A DNA stretch of 59,138 bases, filler included, from Squatina squatina (lineage: Eukaryota): the NCBI GenBank assembly GCA_031763465.1. It is 4 parts of 4 records of this genome, joined end to end, with 100 filler letters (N's around TTAATTAATTAA, not from the genome) between each part and the next. Parts side by side here need not be neighbours in the genome. Positions count along the whole stretch, not along the records: positions 42,884 to 59,138 come from JARFOE010000233.1; 3 more parts are not named here. One strand, given 5' to 3'. The position numbers and the translations under genes are program-made. Positions 47,154 to 59,138 of the stretch are shown here, one piece after another. The notes under the pieces were generated by a model, which saw nothing but the letters and a program-made list of their open reading frames with translations, searched no databases and was not told the DNA's origin. Position 1 is the first letter of the stretch. Each line of letters starts with the position of its first letter.

Positions 47154-48694
47154 GTATGTAGTGCCTTGAGCCTCCATCTGTCTGACTGTCTAGCCATATT
47201 GTTACTGTAATCTGTTTCCTAAACCTTATTCTATAGCTGTTGCTTTCTTGAGGGAATTGTTAGCAATCCGAACATCTGGGGCTTGCTTTTTAATCATGAA
47301 CATCAATATCTCTTGCCCCATGTACATATGGAGATAAAACTAATTATGTATCACCTTGATCTGAGTTAGAACTCCACTACTGGGATTCTCTCCATTTACA
47401 TGGCAGGGCACCTGGGAGAATGTGATTCTCATCAAGGTTTCATGCTTGAACAGTAGGTATATTGTTGGTTACAGCTGCTTTGTGTGTGTTCGGGTGTATA
47501 TGTATGTGTTGTGTGTTGGTGTGGGTGCATACACANNNNNNNNNNNNNNNNNNNNNNNNNNNNNNNNNNNNNNNNNNNNNNNNNNNNNNNNNNNNNNNNN
47601 NNNNNNNNNNNNNNNNNNNNNNNNNNNNNNNNNNNGCAAAATCGCTCCCTCTCAATGCATAAATCTCTATTACCACAAATCACAGAATAATGAAGAAGTA
47701 AGTGATTCTGCTAATGCTCCTGTGAAATGCCTTGGGACATTTTGCTACGTTAAAGGTGCTATATAAATGCAAGTTGTTGTCGTTATACTGGAGCCACCCC
47801 AAATTCCATCGCATTCTATTGTGACACATCACAAAATATCTAGCGGGGGTAGCGACAGGAACGAGGCTTGCATTGCTGCAAAATGAAATTTTCCTTTTCA
47901 ACATCAAAGAAATCATTTCTCTTTAGAGTTACAACGAAAGCAGCATGAACTCCTGGCTTTGCTTCTGTCTAAATAACAACAATAATAGTACAACATGAAC
48001 TATAGTGAAACAGTGTCATGTTGCCCTGGCACTGTAATCATTATTCCACTGGAGTGGACTGATAAAAATGTCAAGCCATGTTTCCAATATATTTTTAATA
48101 ATACAGGCTTACATGTAGTGTTGTGGCTGATTCAATTGATGATGAAAAAATGACCTTATTATAATGCAGTTTTCACCAGGCAAAAACAAGGTCAGTCCCA
48201 AGTGGCTAATCTATTCAGGGTTTGGAGTGCCGACTTGATAATTGGCCCATAACAGATAGCATGGTGCAACTCTAAGCAGTCAATTAGAATGCAAGATTGC
48301 AGCTCATCTATAACTGAATCGACTATTGTGTAAACAGCTGTCATAAATTCACAGGTATATCAGCTAAAAGGAATGTGCTAATATTCAGGAGCATACATAG
48401 CAAGCCAAATCAGATGGCACTATTTCTGCAGCTGAAGGTTTGCACTTCTCTTGAATAATTGTCATTATTTGACTGTAAACTAAGCTTCAGATCTCTGCTA
48501 TTTGATACCTAACCTATGTTGCTCTTTGAATACAGACTATTTTTCAATGAGACTGAGCATTGGGTCTCCTTTGGCTAGCTTCGCTCTCTTGCATTTATGT
48601 GCATAATACGGAAATTACTTTTACAGTCAGATACTTAAGGGTATAAACCTGTGAACTAAATGAATTGTACATACTCCCTCATATCCAATTACAT

Positions 48695-49080
48695 TGGCCT
48701 AGATTTTGTGATAGGGATAACGATGAGGCTATCAGCGCTCACCCTTATTATGGAGTAAATCGGACAGCAACTTCCACCATGGCAGTAAAACACGGAAATT
48801 AGGAAGTTGCGGTCCACGATGTCCTGTTCATCCAGAAGCTTCGCTACACTGGTGCCTCAGCACTCAAACACATGAAGGGTGTGACATTGTGATACTTACT
48901 CACTAGATACCCACTAAACACACCAGAAAATGTTAGGGCTTGTTCATTCAAGTGTAAGTGAATTTTTAATGGTGTGATAAATCTTAATTACTGTCAAACA
49001 ACCTCTCTGGTCCTGAAAAATTAATTTTACAAGTCTAGAGTCTTATTCCTTCAGAATTTATTCATTGATGGAGATTTATG
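48695..49080. mobile_element. Probable DNA-transposon (Harbinger-like) fragment
   Basis: Starts GGCCTAGATTTTG (TIR-like); internal inverted repeat GGACAGCAACTTCC / GGAAGTTGCGGTCC. Confidence 0.4.
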
Positions 49081-49239
49081 ATTCTATGAACTATGAAGAG
49101 TATTATTACTGAACCCAATCCTATTCTCACCTGATATCTATGTGTGTGGATTTCTCACAGGGATTGATGGAACAGAAATCCTGGTCAATTTTTCTTCTTC
49201 CTAATCCAGGGCTGCTGAGGGCAATTGTAGTACCGCTAG

Positions 49240-49360
49240 TTCCATCGCACTAGCAGAGATGAACTAACTCAGCACAGACCTCTGATCAAACCTGGGAAAT
49301 TTCTGATCCATATGGCTCAGTTACACAATGGACAAACCCCTTTGAGCTATTGGTGGAGCT
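49240..49360 (-). mobile_element. Second SINE family head fragment
   Basis: CTAACTCAGCACAGACC...AACCTGGGA...GGCTCAG; plus-strand relatives at about 28520-28660 and 50970-51130. Confidence 0.55.
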
Positions 49361-50381
49361 AAGTGAGCTACTTTAAAGAGGCACTAACACTTGGTANNNN
49401 NNNNNNNNNNNNNNNNNNNNNNNNNNNNNNNNNNNNNNNNNNNNNNNNNNNNNNNNNNNNNNNNNNNNNNNNNNNNNNNNNNNNNNNNNNNNNNNNCCTG
49501 TAGGCTAGCTTCATCACAACATTGCAGGATGCAAAGCACAGTGATTTTTTATAAAATTGCATAGCAACCAAATCAGTAACCACGTTATGAGTGACACAGC
49601 TGAATTAATCATAGGCCTGCTGAAAACCTATTTGAACACATAGTGGAATCCTTATGTAGCTGCTAAAACAAATTGATGTGCAGTTCAGTGTAAAGGCAGT
49701 CTTTTGGATAGGTGCCATTTTAGAAGAACTGTTACTTTAAAAGCTTATCTTTTTTGGCTTCCATCCATCATTCCACTTCCGAGTAGTCTCGTTGCAGTGC
49801 AAATTTCATTAGTGATGTGCATGTTGTATACTGCATTTTTGGCATTGGGTCAGTGCCAAAAAGGATGTGGCACTGACGCTAAAAGCAAGTGACTACAGGT
49901 CTAAGGGCTTTGGCAGTGGGTTGTGAAGTGTTACACATTTTTTGGAGGTGGAGGGGTGTGGGTGGGTGAGGATCAGTGTTGGATTCTAGAAGAGGGAAGA
50001 AGAGTTTGTCTAATAACTAATCCAGATGTCTGGAATGGATATGTCAAGCTTCCTATCGTACTTCTCCAAGCAGTTTGTTTTAAGGTGGCTGGGTTTTTGT
50101 GCAAAGTGTAGACTCACCAAATTATCATTTTTTTGAATTAAGCAATGTTTTCTGGATAGACATGGATTTTTTCTTTTTTTTTCTCTTCCTTACCAAGTTG
50201 CATTTTTCTGGTGACAGTCTATAATAACAAAAACCTTTTTTTTGTTAGTTTTCGGGTAAGATACAAAAAAAAGCATCGCACCGCAAACATAGTATCCTTT
50301 GGTTGACGCAAAATATTGTGAAAAGAAAAACTTAGCATGGTGCAATCAATATAATGCCAGTTACTATGGTGAGATGTGATG

Positions 50382-50780
50382 TAGAAATAGAAAATTACAG
50401 AACAGGAGACCATTCGGCCCATTGTGCCCATGCTGGCTCTTTGAAAGAGCAATTGTGCTTAGTTCCACACCCCCGCTTTTTGTCTGTAACCCTGTAAGTT
50501 CCTCATCCTCAAGTACTTGTCCCACTGCCTTTTAAAATTATTTATAGAATCAGCTTCCACCGTCTTTTCAGGTAGCGCGTTCCAGATCCTGACAACTGAG
50601 TGAAAACAAATTCTCATCTCCCCTCGATCTTTTGCCAATGATTTTAAATCTATGACCTCTGGTGATTGGCCCACTCACCAGAGGGAATAATTTTTCTCTC
50701 TACTCTATCAAAACCTCTCACCATCTTGAAAATCTCCTTTATAGATCACCTCTTAATCTTCTCTGTTCCAAGGAGAACAG
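50382..50780 (-). mobile_element. CR1 LINE 3' end
   Basis: ORF ...VVRIWNALPEKTVEADSINNFKRQWDKYL...LQGY; CCATTCGGCCC 3'UTR motif. Confidence 0.9.
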
Positions 50781-52230
50781 TATTAGCAGGCATCGCATTC
50801 AGTACTTTTTGTGAACATTGCTAGACCATTTACAGGTTCCCTCTTTTCACATACATGCTTGTGGCCTCAAGTTACTTGAGAAAAGGTCCCCAGGGGTTAT
50901 TAGACAGCATTGTATGATTTAAAAAAAAAAGTTGCAATGCTTCAGTGAACAAATTTGCCATTTGGCATTAACTGAGCCATTTCAGGCCAAGGAGTTCTCC
51001 AGGTTTGACATCAGCCTTTATCTGAGTCTCTTTAATGGCAGTGGAGGCACTAAAACTGGCCTTATTGCTTGAAGTAATGGAGGGAAAAATATTCCTTGGT
51101 CTTAATTCTGGTCATGATTGCTTTCCAGTGACTGCAGGAAATGCAAAGGTGAGGGCAGAATTGGACTTGACTGTCGTGTCCCTGTACAGTTGAATATCCT
51201 GTTGGACGATCACTGCCAGGTTTACACACGAGGGAGGGGAACTTGGTTGTAGTACTACATGGCTCGCATGCCTGTGAAACCATACTTCAGTCTGCATTGC
51301 CAACTTCGAGAGGAGCAGGAAGATGAGAAAATTGTAAGGAAGGAAAGAAAAACTAAAGCAAAAGTGGCAATGAAATAAATGAAGGAGGAAAAAAAGGGAC
51401 AGTGTGGGATAAGATTGCACGATGGGTTGCAGCAAAATACTGATTTTATATTTCCTGTGACTTTGTAACTTGGGAATGACCAAGTTGTGAATAAAGTAGG
51501 TGACAGAGTAAAGTAACATGAATCTGGTACTTTAAAAAAAAAAATCATATTAGAAAAATTAATATTTAAATATGACCTGTGAATTATCAAGTATCAGTTC
51601 CAGTTCTAGCATCAGTGAAGGGCAGAAAATGCACATTAGTGCAAGACAATTGGGTGTGTTCCCTGCCCTGAAGTTATATTTCCATAATTATACTAGGTTC
51701 TGTGCATGACAGATTATAGTTGAGAATGAGGGAGGTGGATGGGGGTGAGACTGACGTGCTTCAAATATCTGTGCCCTTGTGTGCTGTGATCCATAAAATG
51801 CAGTGTTTGTTAGCTGCCTTATACATTTGGCAGGTGAGAGTTCACAGTATTACAGTAGCACCATTGATGGTACAAATATTTCAGCACCTCTGTAATGTCT
51901 GTAAAACTTTACACCAGTCTGCCAAAAGCCTTTACCAACAGTCGCAGAGAAGTCAAGCTGGTTGCAACTGTTAACTATCTTGTTTCAATCACTTAGAGAC
52001 TGATAAAATCAGGTGACTAGTTGGCTCTCACTATATGGATGCAATTTGTTCACTTCATCTGTAGCTGAGAAACTGTTGAGTAATGGAGATGTTTCAGCTT
52101 CTTCTCAGATGGGCAAATAGAATGGCAGTTGGTAGAAAGGAGGAAGGTTAATGAAAGAGGTGTATTCTTCTGGCCTTTTTGGAGGTGGAATAGAAAATAC
52201 TCAATGCAGTTTTGTATCTATTGAAAGCTG

Positions 52231-53028
52231 TAAGAACACAAGAAATGGGGTCAGGAGTATGGCCTATTGAGCTTGTTCTGCCATTCAATACGATCAGGGC
52301 TGAATTCCTGCATCAGCTCCACTTTTTTGCCCTCTCCTCATATCGCTTGATTCCCTTAGTGCTCAACATTCTATTGATCTCAGTCTTGAATATACGCATC
52401 GACTGAGCATCCACAGCCATCTGTGGTAGGGAATTCCAAAGATTCACAACCCTTTGAGTGAAGAAATTTCTCCTCAACTTAATCCTAAATGGTCGTCCCC
52501 TTATCCTGAGACTGTGACCCCAATTTTAGACTCCCCAGCCAGGGGAAAGAGTCTTTCACTATCTACCCTTTCAAGCCCTCTAAGAATTTTATATATTTCA
52601 ATGAGATCACCTCCCATTCTTCTAAACTCCAGCGAATATAGACCCATTATACTTAATGTATCCTCCTCCTAGGATAGCTCCCCCCCATCTCAGGAATCAA
52701 TCTCATGAATCATCGTTGCACAAGACAAGTATATCCTTCCTTGGGTATGGAGACCAAAACTGTACACAGTACTTCAGGTGTGGACTCATGAAAAGCCCTA
52801 TACAATTACAGCAAGACTTATTCTTGTACGCCAACCCCCTTACAACAAAGGCTAACATACCATTTGCCTTCCTAATTGCTTGCTGTACCTGCATGTTAAC
52901 TTTCTGTGATTTGTGTACAAGGACCCCCAAATCCCTCTGAATACTCACATTTACTAGTCTCTCCCCTTTTAAAAAAAATATTCTGCTTTTCCATTCTTCC
53001 CACCAAAGTGGATAATTTCACACTTCTC
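52231..53028 (-). mobile_element. CR1 LINE 3' portion
   Basis: KCEIIHFG, QRDLGVLVHKSQKVNMQVQQAIRKANGMLAF, PHLKYCVQFWSPY; CR1 3'UTR. Confidence 0.93.
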
Positions 53029-53128
53029 NNNNNNNNNNNNNNNNNNNNNNNNNNNNNNNNNNNNNNNNNNNNNNNNNNNNNNNNNNNNNNNNNNNNNNNN
53101 NNNNNNNNNNNNNNNNNNNNNNNNNNNN

Positions 53129-53186
53129 TTTCCAGCATTTTCTGTTTTTATTTCAGATTCCAGCATCCGCAGTATTTTGCTTTTTG
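53129..53186 (+). mobile_element. Penelope-like element tail
   Basis: TTTCCAGCATTTTCTGTTTTTATTTCAGATTCCAGCATCCGCAGTATTTTGC, related to 4670-4700. Confidence 0.5.
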
Positions 53187-53396
53187 TGTAAATGCTAATC
53201 ATTTTGTGTTGAAACTTTTTTTTAATTTTAGAAGCTGTTTGATTTCTCAAAGGATTTTGTCCCTTCTTCCTAAATGTTTCCTTTTGTTACTGTGCACCAA
53301 CTTAAGCAAAATAGTAGAATTTCTACAGCATGGAACTATTCTAATGTGCTTTTAAATATTACAGGTTCTGATTGCACTCGGAGTTGTCGGTCTACT

Positions 53397-53457
53397 ATGG
53401 CTGTTGATTATGACAAGCTGCTTAAACACTATGAATTACAGGAAACTATTGGTGCAG
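53397..53457 (+). CDS. MELK: Maternal embryonic leucine zipper kinase, first coding exon
   Basis: Acceptor AG at 53363-64, ATG at 53397 (ACTATGG context), MAVDYDKLLKHYELQETIGA(G), donor GTATGC at 53458; recalled human [21 protein letters not shown]. Confidence 0.93.
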
Positions 53458-53536
53458 GTATGCCTTTCCATCCAAATTTTCCAGTAAGATGATATTGTAC
53501 AGCATTCTACCTATAGGGGCACAGACTGAGACACCC

Positions 53537-53573
53537 GGTACTGGTTGCTCTTGATGGTACTGGTTGCTCTTGA
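53537..53573. repeat. 19-bp tandem duplication
   Basis: GGTACTGGTTGCTCTTGA(T) x2. Confidence 0.85.
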
Positions 53574-54579
53574 CATTTAGTACCAGCATAAGGGGCTTCA
53601 GTTTGAATCTGCACAAATGTACGCACAGAACACATTTTTAGAAAAGCAAGCGCAATCAAAATGGTAGATAGATTTCCAGATTGCTTCTAAATCCAGTACT
53701 GACTACTTTGCAGATTTAATTTGGGTATCCATGAATAGATTTTACCCCAGAGAGTTCAGGCCTTGTAAAGATTTTCGTCCTGTGACTGAATACACTATTC
53801 TGAATCTTAAAGCTTTTCAGGTGCAATCTGTTTTCTAACTGATTTGATTTAAATTGACTTTGACAGTTACTCTCTTCTGTGCTCTCTGTTAACTCCATTG
53901 CCATGCAATTTGAATAACTTTTTAAAAAGTATTTTCTCCATTTTTATGGCCGTGATTCTGTTTCAAGGTTTATTTGCATTGGAATTCTATCTTAATATTT
54001 TCTGTGTTTCAGTTTACTTTATTTCTTTAAAGTCTTTTTTTGATTTTCTTTTCCTTATTTGTATATTGTAGTCTTGTTCCCTCTGTACTCTTGCTTCATT
54101 GGCACTGTTGAGGTTTATTTTTTATCCAACTAGATATACAGATACTTCAGTATTTAAGTTATCTTTTGTTTAGAAAGAACATTCTTCAGCTGAAATATAT
54201 ACTAATCAGCTGTGATTCTGTGTGTGGAATGGCAGTGTACCAGGTTTCTTTCTTGCTGCTAATGTTCTTGGCCTTTGCGCCTTAATTCATGTGTTTCCAG
54301 TTAGCCTGGTTCAAACCTCTGATCTATTTTTTTTTCCTCTTGTAACGATGTCTACTGGAGATGTCCTCCTGTGTATTAATTGTATGCTTGTTTTACCTCT
54401 GTCAGTTGNNNNNNNNNNNNNNNNNNNNNNNNNNNNNNNNNNNNNNNNNNNNNNNNNNNNNNNNNNNNNNNNNNNNNNNNNNNNNNNNNNNNNNNNNNNN
54501 NNNNNNNNCCCACAACCATCTGACTCAGAGGCAAGAGAGTTACCAACTGAGCCAAGGCTGACACGACAAAGCTGTGGAA

Positions 54580-54890
<311 letters not shown>

Positions 54891-55153
54891 TGATATTTAG
54901 AAAAAAATAAAGTTAATGCATTAACGAACCTTTAAAAATTTGTTTTGGGGATATGTACAACACTGGCAAGGCTGCATTTACTCCCCATGCTGCACAGGCT
55001 TGCTAAGCATCAGAGGACATTGAGGGATATTGTGTGACTGGAGTCACATGTAGNNNNNNNNNNNNNNNNNNNNNNNNNNNNNNNNNNNNNNNNNNNNNNN
55101 NNNNNNNNNNNNNNNNNNNNNNNNNNNNNNNNNNNNNNNNNNNNNNNNNNNNN

Positions 55154-55494
55154 TTTTGCATTATTGTATGCTTTTTCTTTTAGTTTTATGCTGTCCCTTA
55201 CCTCTTTAGTCGTCCGTGACATTTTTTTGGCAAGTGGACCTCTTACCCCTCACGGGAATAAACTGGTTCTGTATCATATTAAATTCTTTTTTGAATATCT
55301 CCCACTGATCGCCTGTCGTTTACCCATTAACTGATTTGCCCAGTTTTCCGTGGACAATCTCTGCTTTATCTCGTTGAAGTTGGCCTTACCCAAGTCTAGA
55401 AACTTAGTAGCTGTTTTGTGTTTCTCCCTTTCAAACACTACGTTGAACTTGATCAAGTTATGATCGCTATTGGATAAATGTTCACACACAGTTA
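55154..55494 (-). mobile_element. CR1 LINE ORF2 fragment (end of APE endonuclease)
   Basis: EHLSNSDHNLIKFNV (SDH motif), EVRDSIKLKEKAY; homologous copy at 56425-56650. Confidence 0.88.
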
Positions 55495-56029
55495 GGGGCT
55501 GAAATTGGCTTGCGTTTTTCTGCTGACCAGGCGTGGCACTGTTGGAGGTGCTGACAACTGCCTGGAGGTGCTGTTAGGGGCGCTCTTGACTGTTCAAAAC
55601 ACTATCAGGTGTCCCATATCATTAAGCAATTGTATTCCCACTGCCTTCATATAAAAGCCTGGCTGCTCATGCTTCAGCAGCTTCTTTGGCTCATTTTTTT
55701 TGGAAAATGGCTGGTGTGCATCGGAGCAAACATTTCTCAGATGGGGCACTGGAGACCTTGGTATCATCCGTGGAGAGGAGGAGGGGGCAGCTATTCCCAG
55801 CATCTGGGAGTAGAACTGCCCCAGTTGTTCACAGGGCATGCTGGCTACAGAGGTCTCCTTGGATGACGTCAAAGTGCACACCCCAATCCAGTGCCATAAG
55901 AAATTCAACGACTTAACCCATCTAGTGCAAGTGAGTGCCACTTCCTATTTGTCAGTGAGGGCCCTCATTGTAGCAGAGATGCAGACTTGCACACTACATG
56001 TAGTCCTCAGTCCGCTCGCTTTAGGACCT
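55495..56029 (+). mobile_element. PIF/Harbinger transposon left arm with frameshifted Myb/SANT-like ORF
   Basis: TTA followed by TIR GGGGCTGAAATTG; ATG at 55707 gives MAGVHRSKHFSDGALETLVSSVERRRGQLFP, then a second frame LATEVSLDDVKVHTPIQCHKKFNDL; donor GTGAGT at 55931. Confidence 0.85.
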
Positions 56030-56129
56030 NNNNNNNNNNNNNNNNNNNNNNNNNNNNNNNNNNNNNNNNNNNNNNNNNNNNNNNNNNNNNNNNNNNNNNN
56101 NNNNNNNNNNNNNNNNNNNNNNNNNNNNN

Positions 56130-56244
56130 GAGAAAGCAGGTACGGGGTACCGAGTTGAATGATCAGCCATGATCATATTGAATGGCGGTGCTGGCTCGAA
56201 GGGCCGAATGGCCGACTCCTGCACCTATTTTCTATGTTTCTATG
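56130..56244 (+). mobile_element. CR1 LINE 3' end
   Basis: GATCAGCCATGATC...GGGCCGAATGGCCGACTCCTGC...TTTCTATGTTTCTATG. Confidence 0.9.
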
Positions 56245-56289
56245 ATATCGCTTGGAAATTTATTTTCATACACCCTTGTAGATCTAACT

Positions 56290-56740
56290 ATCTGTTTGTC
56301 ACCCTTTGCTGTTCCTTGTATTGTTCCCATTCTATTTTTTGCATTTTTGTCTATTTTTTCTTTGTTGTCCTTTACCTCTAGTTGTCTATGGCTGGGTTTT
56401 GTCTGGCAAATAGAGCCCTTAGAGGTATAAACTGGTTCTGTACCACATCAAATTCTTTTATGAACACCTCCCACTGATCTTGTCTTTTTACCCATTTGAT
56501 TTGCCCAGTTTACTGTCGACAGTCTCTATCTCATCATATTGAATTCAGCCTCACCTAAATCTAGAATCTTAGCTGTTTTGCATTTCTCCCTTTCAAACAC
56601 TACGTTGAACTCAATCATGTTATGATCGCTATTAGATAAATGTTCACGCACTACAAGACTGTTAACTAAATCTGGCTCATTATTCTAATACGGCCTGCCC
56701 CTTTGGTTCTAGGACATATTGTTGCAGAAAACCTTTATGA
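56290..56740 (-). mobile_element. CR1 LINE ORF2 fragment (APE end)
   Basis: Colinear with 55250-55490 (TTTCTCCCTTTCAAACACTACGTTGAACT...TTATGATCGCTATT.GATAAATGTTCAC). Confidence 0.85.
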
Positions 56741-57948
56741 CATACAGCTTTTAGACTGGGATCCTTCACCACAAGTGGCTATTGAGGGNNNNNNNNNNNN
56801 NNNNNNNNNNNNNNNNNNNNNNNNNNNNNNNNNNNNNNNNNNNNNNNNNNNNNNNNNNNNNNNNNNNNNNNNNNNNNNNNNNNNNNNNTATTATACCCAT
56901 TACATTATTTAGTTCCTAAAAAGATGAGGGGATCCCATCTTATCAATTCATTACATGTAAAATGTTCACACCCTTAGAATGTGTATGCAAGACAGCCACA
57001 TTGAAGCAATCCTCACATATTTACTAAACATTACTGTCTAGATTCAACAGCAACACATGCCTCGGATCGGATCTGATAGCTAGTGTTATTGGGCCTGTAC
57101 CTCCTATATTATTTTGGGTATGCAAGAGGATGCAGAATGGAAAAAGGTTAACTAGCTTCTTTAGTTGTCCTCATTCTTTGATGTGTATGCACTTCCACTC
57201 ATGCGTAATATTATGAGTGTTAATATTAAATAATTAGCTAGTTTCCATTTAGCTTCAGGTCAAATGGAGTCCTGTGGCTTGATATGAAACATGGGAGCCA
57301 GATGCCATGTACAGCATCTGCAATGTCATGCCAAACTCTTTAATTTTGCATATTCGGCACATGTTTTCCCCAGAACCTATAGAGAGATAGAGATATTTCA
57401 AACAATTAACTACCAGGTTGGTAATTTGTTTTGCTGCAAGTATTGCCATTCTTTGTATATTTGGTTATTACTCATGTCTTAATCAAAAAATGCCCCAAAA
57501 AAATGGATATACACATGTGCTTGTAGTACAGACCTTAAGTAATATGTACAGATTCATGTTGAAATTGTTTTTTCTTTTAAGCGTTGAACTGTTCAAAAGA
57601 TTTTTTTTCAGTTTGAGATTGAACCCCAATTTCCAGGTCAGTTGGAATCATCATTGTGAAAGCTTATTGCCTCGATTGTTGTATCAAATGCAACTGGCAA
57701 AACGGAGTCTAATTAAAGTTGTTCAGCAACATGCAGCTCCTGCATATATTTATCAAAGGAGTGATTTGTGTCAAAGCACTCTTGCATTTTAAATCCACTT
57801 ATTAAATATTGTGCAGTGGTATGCCAATGTTTCTTATCACTCAATTACAATTCATTCTTTGCAGCAACTGAGTTTCATCACGCAGAAAATGCTACCAATG
57901 ATTAAGTATTTTCTTTTCTGTAAAATAAACTTTATCTTTGTACTTCAG

Positions 57949-58183
57949 CGAGCCAGATGTAGATCACTTAAAGATTCTTCAGAAGATACTATACGGTCTT
58001 CAGGTAAACAAAAAATTGCTTCAAAAAAATCTGAAAACAAAGAAAATATAAAGCGGGCAAAAATGAACGTGAAAATCAATCATCAGTTCGTGCAGCCTGA
58101 AGCCAAAACGCCAGTCATTAAGAAAAGCTATGAAAAGAAAAGTTTGGTTACTCCAAAACAAAATGCAGATGTTCCTCGTAAAG
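57949..58183 (+). CDS. MELK: MELK exon from the TP-rich regulatory region
   Basis: AG at 57947-48, donor GTAACT at 58184; open frame with SENKENIK...FVQPEAKTPVIKK...LVTPK, resembling the recalled human NKENVYTPK...FPEPKTPVNKN...LTTPN; correct order and strand after the kinase exons. Confidence 0.8.
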
Positions 58184-59138
58184 GTAACTTTTTTTTTAGT
58201 TGTTAAATCTTAGATTTTCAAATCTGTATATTCCAAGAGTAGTAAACTTGCACAGTTGGATTGTGATAATTAGTTTGTCAACTTAAAGTTTTAATTTTGA
58301 CAGTGTAGCAATTACTATAAACAGGTACACATTTTTAATGCCACAGTATACCTTCAGCTCCAATAGCACAATCAACAGTCTCCTATCCTCCTCCCCGTCT
58401 CCTCTCCTCCTTCAACACCCTTCTTGCATTTTGATAGTACAGTTACTAGCTTGCCTAAAGAAAAAAATAACAGTTACAGCTTCTTTCAACAAACAGTAGC
58501 TCCGGATACTTCACAACTATAAATTATTAATAGACTAATAGAGACGACTTCTGAAAGAATATTTGAAAGCACTCCCCATCAGTGAGATAAGCCTTTAGGT
58601 TGTTAGCACATTCCGTAATTCCAAAGTGAGGTTACTTATTTTGCTGTAATAGGTCTGAGGTCAAAGCAACTCCCAAGGCCTGCAACAACTTGATTAGGGC
58701 GAGCGCTAAAGCAGGTTGTTTTCCAGGCCACTGTGTCAACATGGGCTGAAAAAGCTCTATGTCCACATGAAAAGCGGATGGCTGGTTTATATTTGTTCTT
58801 AACTGAGACACACATTTCCACTGGGGTGACAGGTCACTGGACAGTGGTCAGCTGGGTGGACCTTGTCCAATTTTCCATTCCTAATCCTGAGGCTAATATT
58901 AGTAGCCAACTGCTGTATAGGCTGATTGCAGAATGACTATGAAAACTGAGATCTTCGGGTCTCACGAGCTCAGCTATTGACTAAACTGGTTAATCAGAAG
59001 AGATAATGCTAGTTAAGCGCCAGCCATAATACTTCTTCTTGGGCAAATATAATGTGAGGAAAAAGATCTGCAAAATGGTATAAAGTCTTGGCATTAACTG
59101 AATTGTCTGATTGATTTGTAATATATATATATATAAAC

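Overview
Eukaryotic, AT-rich, repeat-dense vertebrate DNA. It is most likely a cartilaginous fish (shark/ray), inferred from the CR1, SINE, Harbinger and C2H2-ZF repeat styles. The assembly is heavily fragmented, with dozens of fixed-size N gaps and three artificial 44N-TTAATTAATTAA-44N linkers (17318, 30156, 42828) that split the window into four probably unrelated blocks. Block 1 (1-17273): no recognisable host-gene exon, several CNE/enhancer-like stretches, and a composite insert (CR1- / 27-bp minisatellite / CR1+ / promoter-like segment / two disabled C2H2 zinc-finger pieces). Block 2 (17374-30111): three exons of NUP50 on the minus strand and an H/ACA-snoRNA-like hairpin. Block 3 (30212-42783): mostly non-coding, with one unidentified candidate terminal exon. 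Block 4 (42884-59138): one LIM-domain exon of a CRIP-like gene and three MELK exons on the plus strand, with a Harbinger Myb/SANT relic nested in an intronic CR1. Other expected exons are not visible and presumably fall in the gaps. I find no firm evidence of a new biological system. The best leads are the H/ACA-like RNA, the zinc-finger composite block, the CRIP-like paralogue beside MELK and the orphan exon. Gene and family assignments come from recalled sequences, not database searches, and repeat boundaries are approximate.
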